This document shows, piece by piece, positions 27,791 to 43,715 of a stretch of DNA of 64,000 nt. Location of the stretch: contig OZ024750.1 in assembly GCA_964016885.1 (NCBI GenBank), positions 3,472,001-3,536,000 on the forward strand. Reading direction: 5' to 3'. The stretch is from Eledone cirrhosa. Its lineage: Eukaryota. Each line of letters starts with the position of its first letter. Position 1 is the stretch's first letter. The notes beneath the pieces are model-generated. The model made no database searches and was not told the origin of the DNA. It saw only the letters and a list, made by a program, of their open reading frames with translations. The position numbers and the translations under genes were made by a program.

Positions 27791-28168
27791 TTCTATTTAG
27801 TTTCCAAAGTAACAAATTTATAGTTGGAGGAGGAAGACATTGGTAGTCGTTCCATGTGATGTTGAGTAGTTGAAGTATATTTAATCAAGTTCTCCTCAGG
27901 CTCCTCACTAGTTTTACTAACAATAACAACATTGTTAAGACAGAAACTCTTTTTATGTCAATGTTGGTCCTTATACTCTCCAGTGTTCTCTGAAAAGTGC
28001 TTACAGCATATAAGTTACAGTAAAGGGTACTCTTGCAAGCTGATATATCTATATATAGATATCTATATATAGATACACACACACATATATATATATATGT
28101 ACACACACACATACATATATATATATATGTACACACACACATACATATATATACACACATACATATAT

Positions 28169-28207
<39 letters not shown>

Positions 28208-28292
28208 CACACACACTATATATAATATACATACACACACGCCTATATATATATACACACACACACACACTATATATATATACACACACACA

Positions 28293-28343
<51 letters not shown>

Positions 28344-28348
28344 AACAC

Positions 28349-28380
<32 letters not shown>

Positions 28381-28463
28381 ATATATATATATATATATAT
28401 ACACACAAACACTATATATATATATATATATACACACACACATATATATATACACACACACAG

Positions 28464-28494
<31 letters not shown>

Positions 28495-28550
28495 TATATA
28501 TATATATACACACACTATATATATATATACACATACACATATATATATAT

Positions 28551-28581
<31 letters not shown>

Positions 28582-31084
28582 CACACACACACATATATAT
28601 ACACATACATATATATATATATACACATACATATATATATACATATATATATACATATATATATATATATACACATACATACATAATATATATATATAGT
28701 AGCTTGAAAGCTGCAGTGTATGTTGTAGTGTCCTAGTAGATGTCTGATGGCATCTTACTTTCAGATTCTGTTTGCTGTAGAATTTATTATAGGAAATAGA
28801 AGGTAGAAGATGTTCAATTATTGGGAAGTAGATTGGCATCTGAGAGGCTGGAGCTATTTATCATTTGTGGAGAGCCAATAACAAGGTATTGTTTGTCAAT
28901 GTTTACCACTACTACTGCTGTTACTACTACAACTACTACTACTACTGTTGCTGCTGTTACTGCTGTTGAAAAGATTGAGGGTCGAATAATATCAACACTG
29001 AAATGTGGTTTAATCTCTTTCGTAATAAACATTACATCAAGTAGAGAAAAGTGGCAAGATTTTGTAAGCAATCTGTTTCAAATCATTCCAAGGGTGAGAA
29101 AAATAGAAGTCACGAACATAGGAACAAATCGATCAATAGTACGACTGTTTTAATGGTCCTCCTTGTTTAAATATATCAAAACCATCTCATTAACAGATAA
29201 AGTCATGTTGCAGAATTGTAAAGAAACACAACAAGTTGAGCAAAACATCTAAATTTAAGAGGTTGAGGAGGACTCTTCCGTTCTGTTAAAGACGACAACT
29301 TCCCTAATGTTGGTGACACGAAAATGCATTCAGAGAGAGAGAGAGAAGGAACACATATGAGATGTGCCCTCCTGTCAAACCCATTTGAGAGGTCAGTAGT
29401 TCTCTCAAAGTATTATTAGGAGTGAGAAATTCAATAAAGGGGTTTACAATGAGTTTTTGTCAAATATGGCTAGAGGACATGTTCTCTTCTTCTTCTTCGC
29501 CCACTTATTCCTGAAAATAGTTGTGTTCTGTTGTTTAACTCTTAATATCCTGAATCTCATGAAACCAGATTAGCAAGATATTCTTGAAAAGTATAAATCA
29601 ACACCATGACTACAACTCATTAAAAATTAAAGTCTTTCCTGTAAAACCTTTTCACAAGTAAAAATACTGAAAACATTTCAATTAACAAACCTTCGTTTAT
29701 AGATATATTTTTTTCTGCTAAATCATTACAGGATATTATGGGTTAATGAAGTTACAATTAAGGTTAACTATTGCAGTATAATAATTAATAAAACTTGCAG
29801 TAGAGCTGAACATAGAAAATAGTTGATGTTAGTAAGTAGAATTAGTTTTTATTGTTCACCAGAGTCGAAGAATTCAGTAAGAATATCTAACAATGTGTCC
29901 TCTACGTCTATAGTTGTATCTGGCGCTGTCAAAGAAATGTGGCTGAAGAAAATGTTCTATTGTTGTTGCTGAATTCAGAAAAACATGTCCTGGAGTACTT
30001 TTTGGTTGAACTTGTAAAATTAACTGTTTCCAAGTTTTAACTGAATAATCATTGAGGAGAAACAGTTGCTGAGAAATAAATCCTTTTATTTCACTAAAAC
30101 ATTCAATTTCAGTATTTGCCAGCCTTCAACCATAATATACAATAACACGCTTGGACTAGAAATAGTAATGATTTCATAGCACTTCTCAAACATATTTCCT
30201 AAATCAGTGAGAAAAATATGAAGACTGAAAGACAAAACTCAAAATAGATTCTTCAATAAAAGCATCAAAGAAATCCAAAATCTAAAACAAAGAACACGAA
30301 AACCAAAAAATTTACAAACATACAACTAAAACAACCTAAAGGAATTCTTGCATTTGTCAACATATCAATTGATATCAACAGTGCTAAATCCACAGAATAT
30401 GGAAACTGGACAAATAAATCCCAATTTTGAAGTCCACTTGAAACTCAGCTGAAGAAGTATTTCACAGAATTCCTTTGGAAATCTTTTGAAAAATTAAAGA
30501 AAAATCATTTTTAACATCCTCAACCCATCTAATCCTCTCTAATTCTCTTTTTATCTCTCTCTCTCTCCCATTCTCCTTCTCTCATTCACTTCCTCTCTCT
30601 CATTCTCTCTCTCTTCCATTCTCTCCCCCACTCCCCCTCTCATCCTCTCCCATTCTCTCTCTTTCTCTCACTTCCTCTCTCTTCCCCTCTCTCTCTCTCT
30701 CATTCTCTTCCTCTCTCTCTCTCTCTCGCTCGCTCCTTCTCTTCCTCCCTCTCTCTCTAACAATAACATCCAAAGTATTTACAATGTTCTCCAGTTATTT
30801 AATCACTAAAGCTATCTGTATTGTTTATTCCTGAGAACCACTTTTCAATGTCACTGCATTAACACTCGAGTACCAATGTTATTCCATCAACTAAAAACTA
30901 AACTAAATTTGTATTAAGAGAAAACAATCCAACCTTTTCACCGTTATTCCAGTCACAAGAAACTAGTCAAACTAGTCTAACATTTGTTTTGCTATTTCCT
31001 CATTCAAAAGAACGATGGATTAACTGAATTATAAGAGAACTGAACAAAATAACGAAATATATTGTGGTATTTTGTTACAACCCA

Positions 31085-31800
31085 GGTGGTGCTATTAAGT
31101 TAGAGATGGCCTGGACCAATACTGGCTGAAAGTTATCAAAGTTATATTGTGATTTCAAATCCCATTGAGGTCATTCATCCTTCTGAGGGGTCAATAAAAT
31201 AACAATCAAGTAATGAGACTGATTTAATTATCTATACACTGTCATAGAATTTGTAACTTTGTGTAAATGTTTCCAATTATTATTTTACAACAGAACTGGT
31301 AGACAATATGCTTTGTGGCATTTAGTTACATCCTTTTATATTCTGAGTTCAAATCCTACCGAGGTTAGCTTTGCATCTCATTTTTACAGGGTCAATAAAA
31401 TAAAGTACCAGTAACCCTCTTGGGTCTATATAATCGACTTTCCTCTCCCCTAAAAGATTGCTGACCTTGTGCCTAAATCAGAAACCATTATTTTACAGAA
31501 GAATCAGTAAAGTTCTGGACTAAATATCTTGTCTACCGTTATATTTTGAATTTAAATTCTACCAAGAAACATTTGCTTTGCTTCTCATCTTTCCAGAGTC
31601 AAATATTAAGATATTGGACTAAACCTCTCCAAAACTTTTGTGGTCTTGCACCAATGTTAGAAGTGGCTATTATACAATTGGTAGAGTGTCGTAATATAAA
31701 ACATAGTAAAGTATAGATCAAGTACAGGAGTCAATTTTATTGATTATATTCTAAAAAAGTATAAAATCCTGTTCTTGCACCAATATTAAAATCAATATTA
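31085..31800 (+). mobile_element. Tandem array of old SINE copies
   Basis: About four successive decayed units, each with a B-box, a GGTCAATAAAATA-like core and a CTTGTGCC..ATTATT-like tail. Confidence 0.65.
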
Positions 31801-32814
31801 TTAAGTAAAATCAACCTAATTTCTTCAATATTGGTTATCTTAAAAGAAGAAGTAGGGATTTTTCAGTTCAATGGTTTCTTTTTTTCACACTCTTTACATT
31901 TAAACTCAAATCAAAATTAAAAAAGCAATCTGCCTGTAATTTGAATTCCAATCAATTGAAAATTTCATTTTTTTCTTTTATTGAAATATGATTTGTGTCT
32001 GAATTCCATTTTAATTTTTTAAAAACTTTTTTTATTGATTTTTTTTTTTTTCTTTTGGTTTATGAAAACATCTTAGTTTTATCAATTTCAAATTCTATAC
32101 TGAAAAGAAAAAAACAAAATAAAAAATATTCCCACTCCTACATAAAACCAAATATTTTAACTAAAAAATAATTTTCAATAAAAATTATCTCGGTAATTTA
32201 TCTAAAAGGAATCCTCAATCTACCCTCTACAAACATTTTATCTTTATGAAACACTAAACACAGGACATGGTTGTAAGGTTAAGAAGTTCACTTTACATCC
32301 ATGCCATTTCAGGTTTGATCCCACTGTCTTCTACTATAGCTGTGGGCTGACCAATGCCTTGTGAATGAATTTTGATAAACAGGAAGCCTATATATATATA
32401 TATACAGCCTATATATATATATACAGTATATATGTGCCCACGCAGATGTATAACTTTATATACAAAACGTTTTTTTTTCCATTTCATGGCAACAGATGTG
32501 TATAAGGGAGACAGTTTTGTCTTCTAGTGTCATCCCATTGACACCAGTTGGACAGCCAGAGACATTTGTTTATATCCCACAGTTCAACAGTTCAATATGT
32601 GAAGACCAATGAAATACATATGTTACTTTTTAAAAAAAACAATGCATCCATCCAGCTATAGAAATCTGTCTCCAAAAAAAAAAAAAAAGTCTTGTTCAAT
32701 TGCTGTCAACATGGAAAAGTAGGAATACTAACAATGAGATCGATGGTGAATCAAAGATAAAAGACAAAGATTACCATCAATGAATTCTGGAAATAAGAAC
32801 TATATTGTATTTAA

Positions 32815-33010
32815 CCCATTAGCATTTAAACCGGCCATATCCGACCAGAATTCTCTCACCTCTTTCTGTTCAATATGGCTCTAACCAGCCATTCATACTT
32901 ATGTTAAGGTATTGTTCTCAAAATAAATAATATCAAAATCTCATAGATTCGATATTATGTGAAATAAAGACTTTACTGTGAAAATACAATAGTAAATACG
33001 ATGTGTAATG
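32815..33010. mobile_element. piggyBac-type MITE, one TIR eroded
   Basis: TTAA-CCCATTAGCATTTAAACCGGCC..., colinear with the 56198 copy. Confidence 0.75.
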
Positions 33011-34543
33011 TCATCCTCATCAACCAATTTATCTTTCAAGTCATTCAATCATAGAAATTGATGGAGTTGACATCTTGAAATGTTCGTCTTATAGAAGACA
33101 ATGATGGACGATTATCATATTTTGGAGCAATCAGAGAAGTGGACAGTGGAGAGTATGGAAACAAATGTTGACAACCATTGTACTTCAGTATTGAAAAGGA
33201 GTTACAGGTCCATACGTATCGTTTTCTGTATCGCTATAGATATTGTTTCATTTGATATACACATTCAGTTAGAGTGTGGACAAATTACAGAATTTGGCAG
33301 AACATCATGGCAGTGAAGAAAGTCTACACTTTTTTCATTATTGTAAAAGAACTTAGCAATACATTCATTAAAAATAAAAAGTAAAACAACAATTTTCACA
33401 CAAAGACATCTCTAAAACAACTTCCTTTAATTGAATTTACTTATGTGAGCATCTTAGAGGTTAGATTAGTTGATAGTACATGGGGAAAAAAAAACAGGAA
33501 AAAATATTTTCCCACTGAAATTGAGGTAGGTCATCTATAATAATACTGAATTCAATTTGAGCTTGATCACAGTTTTAATAATTAACTGCAATACATCATT
33601 AAGGCCTCCCATTGATATTTTATGTCACTAAATGCTGTTGGTGAGCCACACAAGGAACTGAGAGAGAGAGAAAGAGAGAGAGAGACTAATTTAAAACAGT
33701 TTGCACTCAGAAAATATATGGTTACTCGTCATAAGATTTATTATTTTACCCTCTTCTAATATCGGGTGTGTATATTAGTATATTCAGATATTCGGTAAAC
33801 ACTACACAACTACCAACAATGATAAATTTTCTTTATAATAATTCTGTTGTTGCAGTATCATGATATATTCCAGTTGTAATTTGATTTCAGATCTAATATT
33901 ACACAATCACAGACACAGATTAAATCAGATTGAAGTTGTACCATGTACAAGAACCTCAAGTTTGTATCATACAGTCTCTCTCTCTCTCCTCTTTCTCTGG
34001 AAGAAATCACCTATGTTCAAACCTCGGATCTGGAGGGGAGGATAGTCTCTATCAAGTTTAAAATGTCCAAGAAATGCTGTGTATTACCACAGTCCCTCAA
34101 CAACTCCACTGGGAGTTATATACATACATACATGATGATGGCTGCCCCCTCGTTATCGAGTATGGTCATTGCACAATATACTATTATTAATAATTATTAT
34201 TTAATTCTATCCTGCATTGCCTATGCATGAAGAAATTTTTTAAAGTGAGGAAAGACTGCACTGAACCAATCTCACATGATGATCTACACGATAAACACAC
34301 CCAGTACTTGCTGTAAAGTGGTTGGTGTTAGGAAGGACATCCAGCTATAGAAAGCTTGTCAAAGGGTTAGAAAGACCGCCCCCACCACTCTTGTGTTGGT
34401 GCAGTCAATAGAATGTGAGACCATATACCTCCCTCCCCAGCCTTTCTGGGAAGTCAGTAGCCCTACTTCGGTACTGACTTGGTCTATAAAGACACCCCCC
34501 CCCCTCTTGTTAGCAGGGAAAGTGGACATTAAATGATGATAAT

Positions 34544-34734
34544 AATAATTGTTTCTACTTTTGGCACAAGGCCAGCAATTACCCAGTACATTACTGCTAC
34601 TTTATTTTAACGACCTCTGTATGGATGAAAGGCAAAGTTAACCTCGGCGAGATTTGAACTCAGAATGGCAAGGGCCGTAACTATGCGTCAAAGCATGGCA
34701 TCCGACCCTTTACCGATACTGCCAATCCACCGTC
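34544..34734 (-). mobile_element. tRNA-derived SINE, full length, short-tail form
   Basis: Same family; tail-to-tail with an RTE-tail repeat. Confidence 0.9.
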
Positions 34735-34986
34735 CTCATGATGATAATAATAATGATACATATCAGATATGCCTGAATTAGATGGATTGAGAGGTAGGAT
34801 AGAGGGGGAGGAGAGGGGATAGATAGAGGGGGAGAAGAGGGGATAGATAGAGGGGGAGAAGAGGGGATACAGAGAGAGAAGCTGGTTTATTCTTTATCTA
34901 TTGTATCTACTGTAAAGGTGACTTTTTGTTCACAAATCACAATAGCATGGCACAGTCAGCACATAACTATCTTTTCAGAATTGAAC

Positions 34987-36146
<1,160 letters not shown>

Positions 36147-36895
36147 GAAAGAATAGTGTATAATAGTAGAGGGAATAAAAGACGGGGTCGGAGAGAGGCA
36201 ACAATAACAATGATTATCATCACCATCATCATCATCATCATCATCACTAAAGTGGACATGCCGGCCGTTAACGAAGCTTAAAAAAAAAGGTGGAGAGAGG
36301 AGAGGAGAAATTCACTTTGGCTTTGCTTGGAAGCGGAATGTAAAATATATAATAGACTACACGGAGGTTGATGGGAATTAAATGAGCGAAGCAAGGCTTG
36401 AGAGGATAACAGATACGAGGAGTAAGGGGTAAAGAATGACAATGATAATGGCGGTAAAAAGGATGATGAAGGCGATGAGGGGGGATAAAGATGTGATCAG
36501 ATGAATTGAAAGGGTTTTGAGCAGTTGCCAAAAAAATAAAAAAGCAACTGGGGGAGGGGATTAATGATGTAGCCTGTGATTCTGATTTCAAAATAACAGG
36601 TAAATGATAAATAGATGAAAGCAGTGTGAACCCCACCACAAAAAAAAATATTGTTGCTGCAGCCTGTAGATGTATTAAAGAGAATGTGGAGAGATGGTGA
36701 CTTATAGAATCAAATTGTATATATGTGTGTGTGTGTCGGTGTATATGTGTATGTGTGTATGCATGTGTATATGTGTGTACATATACATGTATGTATGTAT
36801 GGGTCTGTATGGATGTATATGTATGTGTGTATGTATACAGATATATATGTATGTATGTTTATGTATACAGATATATATGTAAGTTTGTATTTAAG

Positions 36896-36930
<35 letters not shown>

Positions 36931-36934
36931 TTAA

Positions 36935-36974
<40 letters not shown>

Positions 36975-37404
36975 TTATGTATATATATATTTATGTCTGT
37001 ATGTATGTATGTAAGTATATATATATATGTGTGTGTGTGTGTGTATGAGAAGTTAGATAAAGTAAGGCAAGGACAGACAACAATTTAATAACTGTAATTG
37101 CAGAATGGTAGCGTTTAGTAGAGCATGGTGAAACTGAAAGGTGAGAAGAAAAGGTGGGCGGGGCAGGAGAAAAGGAAGGGGAGGGGGAGAAGAAGGGAAA
37201 GGTGGGGGGGGGGGGGGAGTAATGTACTGAAATGAAGGATTGGACATGAGAAATGTAAACCTGTGAAATAAGAGGAAAATAGGAGTGTGACTACGTGAGC
37301 TACATGAAAAGATGGAATGTTGTCTAATGCTTGTGGCAATTACCTATCTATCTATCTATATATATATATATATATGGATATATCTATCTATCTATCTATC
37401 TATA

Positions 37405-37621
37405 AAGAAGAAAGGAGCACTTGCACAACACGCTCCTGGAGTTGAGGGTTGTTCTATCGACGGGGTATTAAGCAACCCATTCGTGGCGCTTCCCCCCTAT
37501 TGGGGATTTCGATTGTTGTAATTGTTTGTTTTTATATTTTTTACACGACTGTATGTAAAATCCCCGGCATGTCTTTGTATTGTCCCCTTTTCTTGTGCGC
37601 CATTGTGGCAAATAAAGAAAT
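37405..37621 (+). mobile_element. LINE-like 3' UTR (T-rich, AATAAA) inserted in (TCTA)n
   Basis: Ends TTGTGGCAAATAAAGAAA(TCTA)n; the same terminus occurs as a stub at 9870-9890. Confidence 0.4.
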
Positions 37622-37726
37622 CTATCTATCTATCTATCTATCTATCTATGTATGTATCTATGTATGTATCTATGTAAGTAAGAGTTAACGGCCATCCAAA
37701 AGTGTGTACATATGTATATACACATG

Positions 37727-38044
37727 TACCGCGCGGTTAAACCACTGGGAATGAAGGACCCCTAGCCTTTGTCAATGCATTCTTCTAGGAGAAGGCAACT
37801 CAGGAAACTGGGATGACTCCGATATAAAACCTGCGGCTCAGTAGTTACCGATGATGTTGATCTTTTCTTCTTTTCGGGTTATAGCTACTGTCGCTCAGAG
37901 AGTGGGATTGGCTCAGTGCACAGTCTTTCCTCACTTTAAAAAATATCTTCATGCACAGGCATTGCACAATAGAATTAATTAATAATTATTAATAATGGTA
38001 TATCATGCAATGGCCATACTCGATAACGAGGGGGCAGCCATCAT
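37727..38044 (+). mobile_element. Non-autonomous RTE(BovB)-tailed retroposon (Ceph-SINE-like); second partial copy at 34132-34275 (-)
   Basis: TAGGAGAAGGCAACTC..AAACCTGCGGC resembles RTE 5' UTRs; ends CTCGATAACGAGGGGGCAGCCATCAT(GTAT)n. Confidence 0.6.
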
Positions 38045-38084
38045 GTATGTATGTAAGTACGTACGTCTGTATGTATAGTAGCTT

Positions 38085-38240
38085 AAAAGGACCATAGACT
38101 TTCGAAAGATGGTGGCCCTCTTGAAGAGGGAGCTCTGTGAGGTGGGATGGCTGTAGCAGCAGGTGTCTCTGGCCATTCTCTGTGGTAATGTCTATGCCAT
38201 TTTGTCTGCGAAGGCACCGCTCAGATTGGAGGTTTTGTGT
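38085..38240 (+). mobile_element. Possible CRE-clade LINE C-terminal relic
   Basis: EVGWL*QQVSLAILCGNVYAILSA resembles the CRE motif LxQRxSxAIxRGNAxxxL. Confidence 0.4.
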
Positions 38241-38611
38241 CTGCTGTCCCTCCAATCTTAATCACTTCTTCAGATATGAGAGTTTACATGGATGGTCCCA
38301 TCCAAATTGCAAAATGAAGTCTTTAACCACACAGCCATATCTAATACCTGTGTATAACAGCCATGGTTGCCAAATGAAAAGAAATGAGATGTTATAAGAT
38401 GATAAAAGTGAAGCTGAAGACGGCAAGAGATGAGACTAAAGAGAAGAAGGTTAGATTGATTATGGAGAGAAATATTTGTTTGACAGAGAATAAGAAACAT
38501 GAAAACAAATCAAAGATATAAACAATGTTATGTGGAGAGGGTTTAAGATGAAATCTATAATAAGAGAGCTGTGTGTCTGTCAGTCAGTCCCACTGTCTGT
38601 TGTGTTCACTT

Positions 38612-38802
38612 TATATAGAGAGGGGGAGGAGCACCAAACGAGAGATATGTACAGAGAGGGAGACAGGGTGAGGAGCACCAAACAAGAGATATGTACAGAG
38701 AGGGAGAGAGGGGGAGGAGCACCAAACGAGAGATATGTACAGAGAGGGAGAGAGGGGGAGGAGCACCAAACAAGAGATATGTACAGAGAGGGAGAGAGAG
38801 GA
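38612..38802. repeat. ~45-bp purine-rich tandem repeat, ~4 units
   Basis: GGAGGAGCACCAAAC(G/A)AGAGATATGTACAGAGAGGG. Confidence 0.85.
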
Positions 38803-38885
38803 ACACTGTGTTTTTAATGTGACAGAAAGAGGTAGATAGATAGAAGGTTATGACGTTGCCCTCATTTGTACAGAGTGAGAGAGAG

Positions 38886-38976
<91 letters not shown>

Positions 38977-41541
38977 ACCTGTGACAGAAAGAGGGAGAAG
39001 ACACCACCACCCCCATCTAAATATATAGAGAGGGGGAGCACCAAGCGAAAGAGATGTACATTGATAGAGAAAAGGAACACCATTTGTTTAGAGAGAGAGA
39101 GAGGGAGTGTGTGTGAGAGATAGAGAGTGTGAGAGAGAGGGGGGTGAGAGATAGAGGAAGTGTGTGAGAGATAGAGGGAGTGTGTGAGAAATAGAAGGAG
39201 TGTGTGAGAGAGATAGAGGGAGTGTGTGAGAGAGATAGAGGGAGTGTGTGAGAGAGATAGAGGGAGTGTGTGAGAGAGATAGAGAGCGTGTGAGAGAGAG
39301 TGTGTGAGAGAGAGTGTGTGAGAGATAGAGGGGGAGAAGACAACATTGCTCTCATCTAGTTATAATACCAGGAGTGAGATATATGGACATTAAATATGAC
39401 TTGAGAAGATTATGGAGAGAAAGCTGATGAATAAAGCAAATAGCGGAAACAGATTAAATGAAGATGATGGGAAAATATGTGTAGAAAGATTGATGAAGAA
39501 GAGGTCAAGCAGTTAACATTATAATTAAAGAGTAAGAGAGCTGACAAGAGCTGGTAAAGGTGTAGAGAAGACAGGTGAGAAAGATTTAACTGGATTATGC
39601 AATCGAGCTCTCAACGATTCATACCAGATGTTTTTGAAAAATTGTAATTCTGTAGAAACTAATTTTTAAGATGATGTTCATTATAATTTCACTTGAGTTG
39701 TTGGAAGGAAAGACGGTTATTTTATATTTTATATTTTATTTTAATTTGTTAGTTTTATTTGTTGTTTTTTTCTCTTCTTTTTCTCTATATTTTATTTATT
39801 TATTTTACACAGAAGTCCAAGGATATTACTTGTAAAATAAAAAAAAAATGATAGTAATTTCTATATTTCTATATTTGAAAATATATAGCAAATGATAACT
39901 GTATGAGGGTTGGTGGGGCTACTGATCTTCCAGACAGGCCAGGGATCTGCTTCTCATTTATGTACAGTCTCACGTTCTACCAAGTGCACAGGAGAGATTG
40001 CCATATCTTTGACACAACTGAGGGTCCTACTAACCCGTTGTTTGGAAAGCTTTCTATAGTTAGATGTCCTTCCTATCACCAACCACTTTACAGCATGTAC
40101 TGGATGCATTTATCATGTAGGTCACCAATACTAGAGAGGTTGTCATATCTTTGACACAACTGAAGGTCCTACTAACACAAAAAGCACCTAGTCCACCCTG
40201 TAAGGTGATCATGTTGGTGATATGACAAAAAGCACCACTACATCTGTAAAGTGGTCACCTTGGTGCCACGATAAAAAGCACCCAGTTGACACTGTAAATG
40301 TGGTTGGTGTTAAGAAAGGCATCCAGTCGTAGAAACTAAGCCAGGTACAGTTCTGTATGAGCAAGACATGGTCATCTGATCTCGCTTGTCTCACAATGGG
40401 ACAACTCATCTAAACCCATGGTAGTTAAACAGTAATGGACGTTAAACAGTAATGATGATGATAATGGTGATGATGATGCTATAACCCAAAACTATGTCTT
40501 AAATACACACAGCAAGAAGATGCCACAATGTTTGCAGTTCTATAACTACCAGATGGTTTATGGACACCATGATAATCTTCAGAAAAATTGTTAGTTATTT
40601 TATTATGACATGTATAATCATCTTTAGATTCTTCATTTTATAAATAATTATTTTGTACCAATTCTGTGTAATCTTAGTACGAGCTATTTTAATTTGTTTC
40701 AATTTGATTTTCTTTGTGTGAAGGAAACTACAGTTAGAGGTGGTGAGAGCTCATCTCAAATTGCTGAAGCTCACACAGAAGATAATGAAGGAATGCAACA
40801 CGTAGAGGTATGATGTGTTGGAAAAGACCCATCCAACCCATGAAAACATAGAAAAGAAAATATAAAATGATGATGATTGATGGTGGTGGTGGTGGTGGTG
40901 GTGATGGTGATGGTGATTAGGATGATGATGATGCTGATGATTGATTGGGTGGCTGCCTTACCTAAATCTCTCACATCCGAATATCTTATTTACTTTTTGT
41001 ATTTATGAGTTTACAAGAGTCAGCTGACAAGTTCATAGACTGACCAAGATACTCTCATGAAATGACGAAATGAGGGTTATTTTTCAACATAGTCCCTGGA
41101 AAGAAACAATGCAGTTATTTATAAGAAGTTTAAATCCTGTCAAGGTTAGCTTTGCCTTTCATCCTTATGGGGTGGATGAAATAAAGTACCAGTAATGCAC
41201 TGAGGTCAAATTAGTTGACTTTCCCTGCTTCCCTTCAAATTGCTGGCCTTGTACCAAATATAGAAATAATTATTAACACAAATAAACATATTTTTAATGA
41301 AATCTCTCTGGTCTGATTTCTTGTTTCTCATAGAAAAATCCAAAGTTGATTTTATACCAAGTATATTATAGAATATATTCTCATAAAAAGAATGTAGACA
41401 ACATTTCCTGTGTTGTCCTGTCTCTATTCACAAAATATTGATTATTTCAATGTAACAAGATAAAGGATGTCAAAACTAACTTTATATTGAAGTCATGTGT
41501 AACTTAAAACAAATCTAAACACACAGAAATACATATTTTTA

Positions 41542-41729
41542 TACAAAGCTTGGCTGAAAACTCCATAGTCTGACCAAGATACTCTCATGGAATGACCAAA
41601 TGAGGTTTATTTTTCAACATAGTCCCTGGAAAGAAACAATGCAGTTATTAATAAAAAGAGTTAAAATTAATGCCTGTAAGATTTCACTCCTTCATAGTCA
41701 GTCTATGAAGTTTTCAGTCGACCCTCGTA
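41542..41729. mobile_element. mariner-type MITE; extra left half at 41012-41120
   Basis: The right TIR reverse complement TACGAGGGTCGACTGAAAACTTCATAGACTGAC matches left ends at 41542 and 41012; an ~85-bp internal block is duplicated. Confidence 0.7.
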
Positions 41730-42834
41730 AATACGCTTATAAACACATATTGCATATATATGGGTCATCATCATCATCATCTTCACCATCATCATCATCA
41801 CTGTCACCTACACCACTACCATTAGTATCATCATCATCATCAACTCCCCCACCACCACCACCATCCCTATCATTGGCATCATCACCACCACCACCACTAT
41901 CATCACCACCACCACTACCCTTATCACCCCCACCACCACCACTACCACCACCACCCTTATCACCACCACCATCACCACCACTACAATCATCATCATCAAT
42001 GACATTAATGAAAGCTACAATACAATACAATATCAGTAGAATTAGAATTATTTCGGTAAATATTCAGTTCTCGCTCTAAAGTACACAGTTTCTGTATCTG
42101 GTGTTCATCAGATACAAATATGACTCTTAACTATTTACTAAGCTTTCTTAGATACTTAAGAAATCATTATAGACTAAATAACTAATTACTACAGATAATA
42201 CTGATATATGATTCTGTTAGTAATCTCAGGAGGTTTGTCAAAATATTACTTGAGTTTTTATCATCTATTTGGATTTTCTTTCTTTTTTAACAATACCATC
42301 GTACATTTTATTACAGAGAAGAAATTAATATGTGAAGAAAATTCTGTTGAAGTGGTGAAAAGGAAATAGGAAATTAATATGGTTGTTTTGGTGCCATGAC
42401 CAAATGCGGCCAGTACACACTGTAAAGTGGTTGTTTTGGTGCCATGACAAAAAAAAAACATCCAGTCCAGTACACACTGTTGCACCTCATCTCTCCCTCT
42501 CCTCTCTCTCTTTAAAATTTTAGTTTTCTTCTCAAACCACTTCATTACTTTGTATTCAAGAATGCTGCTAAAACATTTGTATGTACAATGTATGTTTCTA
42601 AATTTAAGTAACAAATTTTTCTGCAATAAATTTTATCAAATGACTAATTAATTGTAATGTGCGGCCCTCAGACAACACATATGTGACCCATGCGGTCCTT
42701 ATAGGATCCTCAGTTTGACATGCCTAGTGTAGATGTCATGACAAAAAGTATTCATGTAAATATGGTTGGGGTTAGGAAGGGATTCCAGCCATAGAAACTA
42801 AGCCAAAACTAGTCATGTATGAGCAAGGGATGGT

Positions 42835-43124
42835 CAACTGACATGGCTTATCTCACAACGGGTCAACTGACCTGGCTTATCTCACAACGGGACAACTGAC
42901 CTGGCTTATCTCACAACGGGTCAACTGACCTGGCTTATCTCACAACGGGTCAACTGACCTGGCTTATCTCACAACGGGACAACTGACCTGGCTTATCTCA
43001 CAACAGGTCAACTGACCTGGCTTATCTCACAACGGGACAACTGACCTGGCTTATCTCACAACGGGTCAACTGACCTGGCTTATCTCACAACGGGTCAACT
43101 GACCTGGCTTATCTCACAACGGGA
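42835..43124. repeat. 29-bp tandem repeat x10 inside an RTE tail
   Basis: CAACTGACCTGGCTTATCTCACAACGGG(T/A). Confidence 0.95.
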
Positions 43125-43654
43125 CAACTCATCTAACCTCTGCTAGCATGGAAAAATGGATGTTAAACAGTGATGACAATGATGATGATGAAAGAGTTTA
43201 GAGGTGTGTTAACACATCTTCGTATAATCAGTTGAAAAAAATCAACAAATATTCTCACAAACCTAAATTACTTTAAATTCTGTGTCGTGTGATTAAGTTT
43301 TCTCAAGAAAATTCCTACTTGAGAAGAATGTCAAGCTCAAGGGATATGTTTAAAACAGTTTTAATAGAAGAATGTCTTATTTTAGAAAATCACAACAAAA
43401 TATTTTTAGAAGCATCAGCAGCAGTAGCGTGGTGGTGGTGATATCATCAGTAGCAGCAACACAACCATCACCACCACTACAACCATTACCAGCATCACCA
43501 CTACCACCACCACCACCACACCCCCACTACTACCACCACTACTACCACTACAACCACCACTACTACCACCCCCACAACCACTCTGCCATATCTTCATATT
43601 TGATATTTTTATAATAAAATCTGATAAATACGGCGGTGTGTGACTTTTGTGCCA

Positions 43655-43710
<56 letters not shown>

Positions 43711-43715
<5 letters not shown>

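Noticed and set aside
42835-43124. CRISPR-like array (also considered for 16310, 24450 and 48421)
   Set aside because: Units are contiguous with no unique spacers, there are no cas genes, and the context is eukaryotic.
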